DNA from: Octopus bimaculoides
Taxonomy: Eukaryota
DNA: 63,702 nucleotides
Assembly (NCBI RefSeq): GCF_001194135.2
Contig: NC_068999.1
Location: 16,689,608-16,753,309 of the forward strand
Reading direction: 5' to 3'
The stretch's first letter is position 1, and each line of letters starts with the position of its first letter. Position numbers and translations under genes: made by a program. Shown here in pieces: positions 1-12,475 of the stretch. Under the pieces are notes generated by a model that was not told the origin of the DNA, did no database searches, and saw only the letters and a program-made list of their open reading frames with translations.

Positions 1-41
<41 letters not shown>
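1..41. repeat. (AT)n microsatellite
   Basis: Direct reading. Confidence 0.98.
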
Positions 42-43
<2 letters not shown>

Positions 44-397
44 CTCATATATATATTAACGCGCACACACACGCATAAACATATGTACGTATAAGCACAT
101 ATGTACACAATTTTAATTTTATGAAAATTAACTTCAACTTTATAGATGAAAACTATTTTAATATTCTCACCTACTCTGCTTTTCGATCGGTTTGATTTTT
201 GGAAGTCAACTGGTGAATTATTCTAAGATGTCATGCTATGTACATGCATGAGCGTGACATTAGATGAGAGCAAAACTACCACAACTTCACAAAAGTTGGG
301 GGTATGAATCTATTCCCATGCTACCCCAGAATTTTACGCGCGAGCGCAACCTAAACGCACACGCGCATACACATGCGCGCGCGTCTTCTTATTGTAG

Positions 398-405
398 GCA
401 AAATG
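398..405 (+). other. Candidate exon end with start codon directly at the donor (CAAAATG|GTAAGT)
   Basis: ATG 403-405 with A at -3 and a consensus donor at 406-411, within a locally CpG-rich patch (about 335-385). A possible acceptor TTATTGTAG ends at 397. Confidence 0.3.
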
Positions 406-1998
406 GTAAGTGTGTCACCCAGAATGCTTTTGTGTTGTTTCGGTCTATGTTCGGTGTATCATATTACACCCGATTATCATTACTTTTCGTGTGTTTCTAA
501 GACTGATGAAACGCGCACCAAGCATAGAACGAGAATTGGCATAATCGATTTAATCTATTGAATACTCCATCTTCTGCAATTTTGAAATACTCTCTACTTA
601 TAAATTTTCATCAGAGAAAATAATACGAATATCATTTGTGGATAATGTGTGTATCTGTCTAATATTAGAATAGAAGATATTCTATTATTCTACTCCATAA
701 TATAGCAAAGACTGAGCCAGGAACCATTTCAAAGAAATCCTTAGGATGCATATAATATACCATACCATAATCGTGGACACGCTGCAGATAGGTAGCGAAA
801 ATCTTTAATAGAAATTATGTTGGAACTAAACTAAAAACGTTTGAACGATATAGGATCGTAGATTTCTTACTAAACTCCACAATTATACGTACTAATCATT
901 TGTGTAAACGTAAAATAGACTGTAGAAATAGAATTAAATGTTCCTCTTTGTGGAAAGATTTAACGTACTGTCCCGTTGGAAAATTTGTATATGGCTCGAA
1001 ATAGGCATACGGAATTAACAAAAAATATGGCTTCGTTACACAGAACCTTGTGCAATTGAACTTCATAATCAAAATATATCTATTACAATAAAATGTAGCA
1101 TTACTGGCAGTAATTTTAATTTCAGAATTCCTAAACACTATATTCTGTGTTGAATACTTATATACATAGATAAAGAAATTGATAGTGAGAGAGAGAGGGG
1201 TCAGATAGACAGATAGATATTCATACCATGCGTAAATATATTTAAGAAATGCAATTTATGCGTAGCTGAAAGTTTGTACGTTCGTTTTGGATTCAAGAAT
1301 TCGGCCAATTACTTAATTTCAGATCAGATATTTTCTGTAAATATCAACACAGAGACAAATTTCTCTCCGGACTTTGGACTCTTCTCTGTTGACTTATTTT
1401 ATGGTTTAGTTTATGGCCTTTAATGATCAAAGTGAACGTAATTGTATTTTTCTCTTTCTTCTCTGTTTTATTCACCATTCTACTTCTTACATCAATCTTA
1501 ATTCTCGTTTCATCGCATGGTTTCTCATATTTCAGTGACCATATTTTCAAACAGAACAAACCATGTGTTCAGAGCTTAAGGATTGCTTGACGACACAAGG
1601 CATATTATAAAAAAAAACATGCTAAGCTGTGTTCATAGCAAGAGATGATTGGTATCTTTTAACTTCATCCTGTGAATGATAAATATCGTATACACTGTCT
1701 GGAGTACTTTTGTTTTGGATATTTTACGATGACATTTGAACGCATAATTGATATTGCAGTTTTCAGTCAAGAACATCAGTGACGTCAACAGTTAGTGGTT
1801 GAAAATTTAATACTAGTAATAGATAGAAAGCAATGATCTTTGCGTAAGATTTCTCTTCTTTCAATACATTTTCAGTAAGTGTAGAGAAAACCGGCAGACC
1901 GCAAAACCAATGTTCGGCTATTTAAGTGTATTTTGATAGAGTTATAAACACCCTCTGAACAAACAGGGATTCATTATATATATATACATTTGGATAGG

Positions 1999-2012
1999 TC
2001 TCTCTCTCTCTA

Positions 2013-2059
<47 letters not shown>

Positions 2060-2338
2060 CATGCAAGTATGTATCTATATATGTATATATGACTATAAGC
2101 ATGTATATATATTATATATTTTGTACATGAATATGTAAAATATATGTGTATACATTTATATATATATAGAGAGAGAGAGACAGAGGGGAGAGATAGTTAT
2201 ATAGATACTTGTTTGTTTTATCTATCTATCTAACTACATTTATATATACACATGCATACAACCATTTATATATATATATATATACATATATGCACATATA
2301 TACATACATGCAAACACACACACATACACACGCACACG

Positions 2339-2389
<51 letters not shown>

Positions 2390-2420
2390 TCATGCATACA
2401 TGCATGTACACATACATCGT
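1999..2420. repeat. Compound (TC)/(AT)/(AG)/(AC)/(GT) microsatellite region
   Basis: Direct reading. Confidence 0.95.
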
Positions 2421-2939
2421 ATAAATAAACTCAGGCGCATACTCCTTCACACACATCGGTAGATATGCAAATCATTTTGTTTCACATGTATTCCTTTGTT
2501 CAAAGCTGCCTCTAACTCAACATATATTTATTTTGCAAGAAATCCCTGTCGATTCTGTTAAAGTCCAAATAAGATTTATTTATTGTTCAAATACTTGTTG
2601 TATCTACCAGAGGAAATAAGCAATTTGTTTATTGAGGCAGTTGCAATTTTTCAATAAATCATAGAATTAACAATGGACAAGTGCAATATCTACTCTGTTA
2701 TATTACAGCTGGATTCTTGTTTTCGTAGTGGTTTTAGGACTTTCGTTTACTTTTTCTAATAATTCTGTTTTTGTATTTTCAGCAAGTTATTTGCCACTTG
2801 TTCTTGTATGTTGCTATTGTCATTTGTTAATATCGTTGTCTTAGTTGATGTTTCTTTTTATTATTGTTGTTGTTTTTTGTTAATGGTGTTATTTCTCGTT
2901 TGTTATTTATTTTTTCCCTTTGAATTCATTTGCTTCTTC

Positions 2940-3225
2940 GTAGCGTTGTCATCATCATCCCTGTCATCATTGTTACAAACACTACCAGTACCACCACCAC
3001 CACCAGCATTATTGCTACGGCTGCTGCTGCTATTCCTAGAACCACTACTAAAATACAATTATTTTTATCATCATCATCATCATCATCATCTCAGCTTTTC
3101 ATTTCTTACTTCCTTCTTTTCTCCTCTTCGACTTCTATTTTCTTTTATGTCATTGCCTTGATAATAACAACAACAATAATAATAAAAACAACAACAACAC
3201 CAACACCAATAACAAAAACAACGTT
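2940..3225. repeat. Mosaic trinucleotide low-complexity tract (CAT, CAC, CTG, AAT, AAC)
   Basis: Direct reading. Source of the poly-S/T/H/L ORFs. Confidence 0.9.
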
Positions 3226-5039
3226 GACTTCTTTGTTTTATACAAATTGGTTTCTTTTTCTTCTTGTGTTTGTTGTAAGTTTTGTTTTTACGTTTCAAGA
3301 AACAAAGACCGTCAAAATATTGTTATGAGATTTGACAGGAAAATATGAAAAGCTTGGCATTGTTTATGTCATTGTTTATGTCTTCGTGGTTTGTTTATAT
3401 GTTGGTGTGAGTATATGATGTCGTTTGAATTTTAATGCTTTGTAGTGCCGAGATGTTTTGATGAACTTGTTTGATAATACACACGAAAACAACCAAATGC
3501 GTCAGCAGTCCATAATATATCACCAGTACTGTTACTTTCTTGTGTCCAAGACTGGCTAGTTAACTGTCATCTTCCCAATAAATTTAACAGCTAGTAAGCA
3601 AGTTAAGGTGTTAGCTTCCCATTGTTTTAAGCAAGAGGTGTAAACGCTAAATCGAAAATAGTAGAGCATCGGACACGATACTTGAATGAATTAACGTTTC
3701 TTCTCCAAATATAGGCTTTGCTTTGTTGTTACAAAGTTAAACTCACATTCATGGTTCACAGTTCGATCTCACAATTTATCACTGTCCTCTACCTTAGTCT
3801 CATGGATAAAGTAGGGAGAGAGAAATTATTTGGATACTCCTCTGATTGTACTTATTCTTAAGTAATGGCGTTGATCTATGTTCAGCTTAGAAACCACCAC
3901 CTTGAACTTTTGTATTGTGACAAAGTCAACAATAGCATAAGTTGTTGAACAACCCTTCAGTTCTGAGAATACTACCACACGTTTCTATTGTGGAAATCAA
4001 TGACTCATAATTTCTTTCTACTTTCCTCTATCACAATAGTATAAAAATCTACGCGAAGGTTATGTACGATGCTATTTTTCTCATCTGCCTAATGTATAAA
4101 CAACAATATCTGGATACAAATCACATCCTTTAGTGTTTATACGTTAGTGCTTATAAAATGTTGACTAGTGCCTAAACGCGCTATTTCTGAACGAGTAAGT
4201 ATGCAGTGTATATCGGTTATCAAGCTTTTCTCAGTCATCACGATATATGCATTTTCCATGCCTAGTACTCAATTTACATCGGCTTTGCATATAGATCTTT
4301 TGGAAAGGTACCTTTTTATTTAATTATTTATCGATTTATGTAATTATTTATTTTTGCTTTGTGTTTTTCGATAATGTGGTATTGTGTTTCATTGTTTTAT
4401 TTAGCTACTGTTACTGAGATTCCTGGATATATGTTATTCCTCACCTTTGTCATTATTGCGAAAATGCGTGACAGCAGGGATATTATAACAAAGGAACATA
4501 AGCAATGGACACAGATTAAATATTGTTGCAAGGCATGCTTAATCTCTATCCACTGACTTTTATCTACTTTCATTATTTTGCAATTTCCATTTCAATTTAG
4601 TTTGTATCTTCTCTACAAAATCCTCCCCCGTTTGATACAGCTTAACGTTGTTGCAGTTGTTTAAGTATGCCACCTCTGATGTACCCGTGATATGATCAAA
4701 GCCTTATACACGTGACCAATCCGCCTACCTTATCTGGTACAATACATCTACGAATGCATTATACAATAGATTTTCTTTTTCCTTTTTAACAGTAATGTGT
4801 GGTTTACAGAGTTTACAATGTCACACTTTTAACACTCAGCAAATACTGATAGATCCATGCTTATTCATATTTTATGATTGGTCTTCAATTATTTTAACCA
4901 CGTACAGCCATGTCAGAGCAGTCATGTTTCTCACATTTGCATTTTATCTTGTTTCAAAACGGAAAAAAAATATCCCTCTAATACTTCTTGGAAACTTACG
5001 TTTTGTATTATTTTCCTGTCTTGAAGTATTAGATTTCAG

Positions 5040-5133
5040 GTGAAGCAAAATGTCAAAAATATCTTTTAAATGTACATTGGTACGAGCATGAATATCATCC
5101 TACACAAATTCTTTATCAAATGAATGCTTGAAG
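5040..5133 (+). other. Candidate exon with GC donor (probably UTR or non-coding)
   Basis: TTTCAG|G acceptor and AAG|GCAAGT, the ideal GC-AG donor. All three frames contain a stop. Confidence 0.3.
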
Positions 5134-6169
5134 GCAAGTCTGTCTTATTTGATTTCAATAATGTACATCAACTGGTGTTATAATGTTCATGTTTTCCCAA
5201 GAATATCAATGAGTTAATGAAATAACAGAAAACGAAATGGCATCATTCTCGACTCGAACCAAGTTCGGAGGATTTAATTACTGCAGACCTAAAACCAATT
5301 AAATGTACTCAGCTCAATTCAACTTTTTCATATATATTTAGAATGAAAAGAAAAAACAAACAGCCTTTTTTGTTCTTGTTTTTTCAACATATTTTACTCT
5401 GCTGGGAAGATGCTTGCTTTAATAGTATGATACAGAATCTTGTGAGACAATATCGTTTCATTTCAACAGAATCTTAGTGAAGATGCGCTGGATTAATCAA
5501 AAGGAAAGAAAATGACAACTCAACATAAAACAAAATTAACGATAGCAACAATAAAAATCGTATTTTTTTTTTCTCTTTAAATAACAAAAAATATGAAACC
5601 GGAATGTTAATTAAATTAGTGGAGAATTTTTTGAACTTAGTCAGACTATAAATTCAACGGATTAGCCAAAAGGAAAGAAAAATATATATGAAACAAAATA
5701 AAGCAAGTGAATTTATTGTCTATCATTGTTGAAACCAGTTTGATAAGAAAGACAGATAACGATGAAAAAAGAGAGATAACTGAAAATAATTTCAATACTA
5801 AAAAGTAAACTTGAAAAACACAAAAAATAAATATGTATATATAAAAAAATCAGCTGTTTTCTTTAGAACCATTATTTTCTTGATAAAAGGCCACATACAG
5901 ACTTACTGACAAACTCAAACATATTTAAACATACACATATGAAAGCATATACACTTTGAAAAGCAAAAGCAAAAAAGAACAAAAAGACCGAAACAAAACA
6001 AAGAAAACAAATAAGTCTGTTTCCTATAGCGAATGATATGCTTGCGGTGGATGTCTGAAATTTGATAAGCAAATCATTACACTGGCGAAATTTGTCTGTC
6101 GAGAACTTTAGTTTAATTATTTGTCGGTGTTGATATGTTGATATTTTATGTTAATTTTTATCATATAAA

Positions 6170-6497
6170 TATATGTATATATATGTGTGTGTGAGTGTGT
6201 GTGTGTGTGTGTGTATGCATGTATGTACATATGTATGTACATATATGTAGATATATATACATATATATATATATGTGTGTGTGTGTGTGCGTATGCATGT
6301 ATGTAAATATGTATATATGCATATATATATATATATATGTGTGTGTGTGTATATATATGTATGTATGTGTGTGATTGCGTATGCATGTATGTAAATATGT
6401 GTGTATATGTATATACATGTGCGTGTATATATATATATATGTATGTGTGTATGTATATATTTATATGCGTATATATTTAGAGAGATAGCAGACAGAC

Positions 6498-6528
<31 letters not shown>

Positions 6529-6540
6529 CAGATAGACACG
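6170..6540. repeat. Compound (AT)/(GT)/(GTAT)/(GATA) microsatellite region
   Basis: Direct reading. Confidence 0.95.
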
Positions 6541-6924
6541 TACACCTGTATTCTTGCGTGTGTGTGTATATATGTAAACCTATTATTTTTTTGCGTTTAT
6601 CTGGGGAAAAGAAAACAAGCGAAAACAAAGAGAAATAACACCTCGCGGTTAGAACTCCATTTCACTGATCTTATCAAAACCTATTTCACTTTTACTTTCA
6701 GGAATAAATACGGAAGCATAAACTTTAATCTGTAATTCAAATTCCTGATCATGATATATTTAGATGTTATCTAAATATAAATCAGGATTTTTTTTCTCTT
6801 ACTAAGAAGAGAAATTTTATGAAGCAGGCGAAATATTTTTGGTTGAATTATCACAAAAGTAGATGTTGTGGAATCTTCTAATAAGATGCATGTACTTGTT
6901 GTTGCATACTCTTAACTCTTGCAG

Positions 6925-6960
6925 AACGATTTACAATTGGATGTAAATCGTTCCAATAAG
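6925..6960 (+). CDS. Candidate 36-nt symmetric microexon (NDLQLDVNRSNK)
   Basis: Acceptor CTCTTAACTCTTGCAG| and donor AAG|GTAAGC. Only the phase-0 frame is open. Confidence 0.4.
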
Positions 6961-7700
6961 GTAAGCACCGCTAACCGTTGAGATGTTTGAATGTGTTTAA
7001 CGGGGGGGGGGGGAATTCTGCTGTTTAATCTTCGAAATATAACACGTGATCAGATGCATATGTTAGGTTTAAGTGTGCTGATTCAGGAAGTCGAAAGGAA
7101 AACTGTGGTTTGAAGCTTAGCCCAGGAGTTTATATCAAGTGTCGTTTAAAGACGTTGAATTCAGCACTGTAGTCTGACGAAACACTGAATTATATCAACG
7201 TTGTCAAAACAAAGGCACCTATTTCTATACACAGATGCAATTACATTAACAGAGTTGCACTGAAATACATTAACACACACCTATATATTTCTGTGACGCA
7301 TTGCATTAACTTGGATGATTGCTTACTTAAAGTTTACAGACTGCCGATACTCGGGTCCTCAGATAGTATAAATATATATATATATATATATTTACATATA
7401 CTGCTGACGCAAGCTAATCGTATAGCTAAAATATAAAATCTAAGATTCGATCCCATTACGTGGCTTCTTTGACTATCATTGATCTGTTACAAAGATAGAG
7501 CAGCCACATGTAAATCGTAAGAATATATCTACCCAGTATCTTTCTGGCTATGGAAAAACTGATATAATGTCAGGAGACATAGAAATGCATGCAAATGTGT
7601 ATTATATATAGATAAACCTTGAGAGAATATTCACTGCATTTCGTATTCTATATATACACGATTTCGAATCTCTTTTAGCTCTGAGATATATACCTGAGTA

Positions 7701-7915
7701 ATCCTTTCTACTATTGGCACAAAGCCCGAAATTTGGAGGAGAAGTATAGTCAATTACATTGATATCATTGTTTCACTGGTACTTAATTTATCGACCCCGA
7801 AAGGATGAAAGGCAAAGTCGATCTCGGCGAAATTTGAACTTAGAACGTAGCGGCAGACGAAATACCGCTAAGCATTTCGCCCGGCGTGCTAACGATTCTA
7901 CCAGCTCGCCGCTTT
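7701..7915 (-). mobile_element. tRNA-type SINE (family A) with 17-bp target-site duplication
   Basis: Minus strand reads GCGGCGAGCTGGTAGAATCGTTAGCACGCCGGGCGAAATGCTTAGCGGTATTTCG...CTAAGTTCAAATTTCGCCGAGATCGACTTTGCCTTTCATCCTTTCGGGGTCGATAAATTAAGTACCAG, with A/B-box-like segments. Near-identical to copies at 52603-53028. Identical flanks AGATATATACCTGAGTA at 7684-7700 and 7916-7932. Confidence 0.93.
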
Positions 7916-8398
7916 AGATATATACCTGAGTAGTGAAAGAAGACCCTTACGCACAGACACAGATTGTCAGAAAAGCACACTCATGGATATCTGCACAAAT
8001 ATACGCACATAAGTAACACAGAAACTGTACACATGCTTACACTCAAACATCTTTTTGTGGTATATTACATTGACTTTCATATACACGAACAGAGATCGTG
8101 TGAATAATATCAACTAATAGGTTGTTTTTCTTTTTAACCTGATACAAATACCAGACTTATGTCAGAAACGGCATATGTGTTCTCTATTATCATGGCTAAA
8201 TTGAGGAGTATAAAAGTCTGTAAATGTGTCCAGCTGATCCTTTTCTACACATATTTTAATTCAAAATGTTGCTCGTGAGCAAGATGATTCATAACGCCTA
8301 TTTTATTTGGAAATAAATATCGTTTCATTGAATATAATTATGATTAGTTAAGGCTGTAATGCTGAACGTATCATTAACTCCGCCCGGCCGATCTCAAA

Positions 8399-8951
8399 NN
8401 NNNNNNNNNNNNNNNNNNNNNNNNNNNNNNNNNNNNNNNNNNNNNNNNNNNNNNNNNNNNNNNNNNNNNNNNNNNNNNNNNNNNNNNNNNNNNNNNNNNN
8501 NNNNNNNNNNNNNNNNNNNNNNNNNNNNNNNNNNNNNNNNNNNNNNNNNNNNNNNNNNNNNNNNNNNNNNNNNNNNNNNNNNNNNNNNNNNNNNNNNNNN
8601 NNNNNNNNNNNNNNNNNNNNNNNNNNNNNNNNNNNNNNNNNNNNNNNNNNNNNNNNNNNNNNNNNNNNNNNNNNNNNNNNNNNNNNNNNNNNNNNNNNNN
8701 NNNNNNNNNNNNNNNNNNNNNNNNNNNNNNNNNNNNNNNNNNNNNNNNNNNNNNNNNNNNNNNNNNNNNNNNNNNNNNNNNNNNNNNNNNNNNNNNNNNN
8801 NNNNNNNNNNNNNNNNNNNNNNNNNNNNNNNNNNNNNNNNNNNNNNNNNNNNNNNNNNNNNNNNNNNNNNNNNNNNNNNNNNNNNNNNNNNNNNNNNNNN
8901 NNNNNNNNNNNNNNNNNNNNNNNNNNNNNNNNNNNNNNNNNNNNNNNNNNN
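8399..8951. other. Assembly gap (N-run). Other gaps: 13943-14931, 21542-21551, 34668-35251, 56935-56978, 57870-57879, 60489-60498
   Basis: N characters; each gap abuts a microsatellite on at least one side. Confidence 0.99.
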
Positions 8952-10776
8952 TATATATATATATATATATTACACACATTCCATTTGAAAGTTGAGGTAG
9001 AGACACATGTACTCTTAACGTAATCGGCGGGCAGAATCAGTGGGAGAAATTTTGGTAAAGTCGGACATTTGAATTACAAATGTTATGCATCCGATAAGTT
9101 TTCGAACATTTTCCGTCAACTCAGATTCTTCTGGCTGATGAGAGCAACATCGATATATCTATGTATAAGCAAACACACAAATCTACACACACACAAACAC
9201 AAAACCACATCTGGACGCTCAAAAATAGAGCCATACATATATACATATAAATGTATGTAAATCAATCTACTTTTCTTTCTCCTTCACTTTCCGTCTGTAC
9301 ATGCACTCATACATATAAATATACATACATACTGGTATGTGTATGCGTGTGCGCGTACACATACAGGTATATATTCATGCATATATATAAACACATAGGT
9401 ACATGAATATATATTTATATAAATAGACATGTATACATACTTTTAGAAATAATGTTGTTTATATCAAGGACGTGGATAAATTGACATTTTATGAGAAGGA
9501 TATGTGATGTGAAAGTGTACATGAAGATTCATGCATATGCTTGTGCGTTTTGGTGGAAAGATTGGGGATGTTACGCATATTTATGGATGTTGATATAAAT
9601 TTTTATGCAATTTTCTGTTTCATTGGATTTGTGGTGCGTCTTTTGATCAAGCAGTGTAACGATGTAATTGCATAGTAGTTTGTTTGGAATAGAGTTTAGT
9701 TCTGTTGCATACGGATAAGTTTATATAAAAAAACACAACTAACGGGATGGTGTCCACGTTTATTTTTAATTTTATTGTATTTTGCTAATTTGTCTTTATT
9801 TATTTACCTATTTTTATGAGGGAAACATTTTAAAAAAGAGATTATTTTAGTTTTGTTGTTGACGATGTTGTTGTTGCCAAAGTGTATAACTCTTCCATAG
9901 AGATGCACACGGGGTAACACTTTGTTACTGGATTGTATGATTCCACTTTGTCTCAAACGTTCTCAGTAATGGTAGTGTTAACCTTATTGAAGTCATTGAG
10001 GATCCATATTTAGTTGGATAAAGTAGTGTCTGATCTGTTTATATTTATAAATAAGTGTAGATGCTGGACAGTAATAAGCTTTAATATGTTGACCGTGAAG
10101 CCGGTGTAATATATTAAGAGCATGTTATGACGCATAATATATCATATTACCATATTGGAATTATTTGTAAGGACATAGCTTTCTAGAGACAGTAGTTGCA
10201 ACATCAGAAGTTGGTGTTAGAATAGGATCAAATAATTATTTTGGAGTCGATCTTCAAACAATTTGGGCCGAAATCAGGTGTAATAGCGTCATAAATGTAA
10301 GAACAAATGAAGTTTGATCAGTATTTACTTGCATTTATGCATGTGTATCAATAAAATATTTGATGACAGGTGTATTGATGTGTAGATTGAACTGGTGGAT
10401 GTGGCATTTAGTTTGTCATTCTTTTTCTTCCTGTTATTTGTGAGTGTTATTTCTTTATAATTACTGACCCTGAAGTTATTTTCTAAAGACATACGCCATA
10501 CATCTAACTAGTGTTCCTTTTCAGTGTGTCTATAGCGTCGAAAAGATTATTATGAAAGAATGGTGATGGCGCGTGTGGTGTGCATACATTGTATGTTCTG
10601 AATAAGATTTAAGGGTAGAAATCAGTAGTCGAGACCGGGTGTTTAGGCAGTCTAATGTTCTTAGGATGGGAACCATGGTAAATTTGAAGCCAAATTGTCT
10701 GTCTGCGTAGGGAGGTGAGCTTCTCTCTGAAATTACGCTACAAAGGTTCATATTACTAAGATTCCTATACGTACTC

Positions 10777-10821
<45 letters not shown>

Positions 10822-11035
10822 TATATGCATATATCTCTCATGATACTCAGACATAAATATTTTGATGTATTAAAAGACATTTATAGATTCGCAGCAATAA
10901 TATACGCTAGTATGTCAAGACTTATCGTATTGCCTTTTTAGAATCATCTGAAACTTGAGTGTTCTTCCAGTGATCGAAGTATATATATATATATATATAT
11001 ATACTTCGATCACACACATATATATATATATAAGC

Positions 11036-11075
<40 letters not shown>

Positions 11076-11745
11076 TAGTGAATATATATACATACATGCA
11101 TGCATAGATTCTTACATACTAAACAATACATATATTTGTGTGTCCTTCTGCGTGTGTTTGTGTGCATTTATATGTGTGCTTTTTTTTAATATAAATTTGC
11201 ATGTGTGTTTTATGATAATGTTAGAATATATTAATATAAATATATTAATCGAAAGTTTAATCCAATTTCATGCAAAAGAGCAGAAATATTCAATGAAGGA
11301 AAGAAGAAATTAAATAAACAAGCCGGTTTAATATAAATATATAAATTTTGCAAATTGAAATTAATTAAAATTCAGATTTTAATTAAACGAGAATGCCATA
11401 TTCATTTTGGTGCATTAATCATAATATAGAATAATATTGTATATATTAAAAATTATAACTTTAGAAATACATATCCTTTAATATTGAATATTACGTGATA
11501 TTTTGAGAAGTCACAAAAGAGATGAATGCAGAAAAGTAATATAATGTGTTCAGTGATTATTATGATGAAATAATTATTTTGTTAAATAAATAAATAAGCC
11601 GTATTAATTTTAAGCAATCATCATTGTCGTCTGAAATTTTTATTGTTTGTGCTCTCTTTTATTATAACCGTGACAGATTTCTTTTCAAGTTCGATGAACG
11701 GGAAATTGCTAGTTAGGGGATAATATACTGCTATTTATGACTCAC

Positions 11746-11816
11746 CAAATGATTTTTAGAAAATTGCTGTTTCTGTCAACGTCTGCTACTTGTGATCAGA
11801 TATTTCCCTGAGTGAA
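11746..11816 (-). other. Candidate non-coding exon
   Basis: Minus strand TCCTCACTTTACAG| acceptor and TTTG|GTGAGT donor. Stops in all frames. Confidence 0.25.
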
Positions 11817-12411
11817 CTGTAAAGTGAGGACATATAAACTCGTCACGTCCTTGTCTCAACTCCGCATACAGTCTAACACTACAAAAGAAGCCCCGAAAAT
11901 AACATCTTCATAGTATGTTTGTCTCTTAAAAATATTCTTCAAATCAGACGCTAGTGAGATTTTGGGATAATTTGCATCTCGTTACAACGCAAGTGGGAGA
12001 AAAGGATACCTTCAGAGCTAGAATGATTTAGGGATCATCATGTTTGAATGTAAGCATATGTATAGTCTCTGTGTTATGTATGTGTGTGTTTATTTGTTTA
12101 ATTTTTCATGATTGTGCTTCTCTGACTGTCTGCCTCTGTGTGTATAGGTTATCTTTCATTAGTGGAAGATCTAGGGCACTAATTACCAGTTATTATATAT
12201 AAGTAACGAAGCTAACAGTTTATAACTGATCAATAGTGCATAAAGCATAGAAAGAAGAGCAAAGAAAGACAAAGTAATACAGCTACCTGTCAGCAATATT
12301 ACCTCTACGTGGTCGATAATCTCTTAAAAAACTAACTGCAGCCATATATTGTTTATACCACACAGAATGTATAGTATATATACACACACACACTTACACA
12401 TAATTACATAC

Positions 12412-12475
<64 letters not shown>

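Noticed and set aside
500-520. CTGATGAAAC here and CTGACGAAAC at about 7174
   Set aside because: Hammerhead core-like letters but no stem II between CUGANGA and GAAA, and no cleavage triplet or stem I.
1780-1787. Perfect CRE TGACGTCA (also 48290-48297) and CACGTG-A-CCAAT at 4709-4720
   Set aside because: Isolated short motifs occur by chance in 64 kb, and no TSS evidence supports them.
8378-8398. GC-rich CTCCGCCCGGCCGATCTCAAA at a gap edge; the reverse strand contains AGATCGG like an Illumina adapter start
   Set aside because: Only 7 nt match before diverging. It cannot be called adapter or a biological feature.
8348-9006. Long ORFs of 209-393 aa here and at 13762-14992 and 34523-35463
   Set aside because: They span N-runs (X residues) and are artefacts of assembly gaps.
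9135-9225. CTGATGA-GAGC...GCTC-AAAA hammerhead-like arrangement
   Set aside because: G12 is missing and there is no stem III or UH triplet. A 4-bp match is expected by chance.
10530-10751. Minus ORF with DRQFGF, like a LINE RT QxGF motif
   Set aside because: Single short motif. No neighbouring RT motifs could be read.
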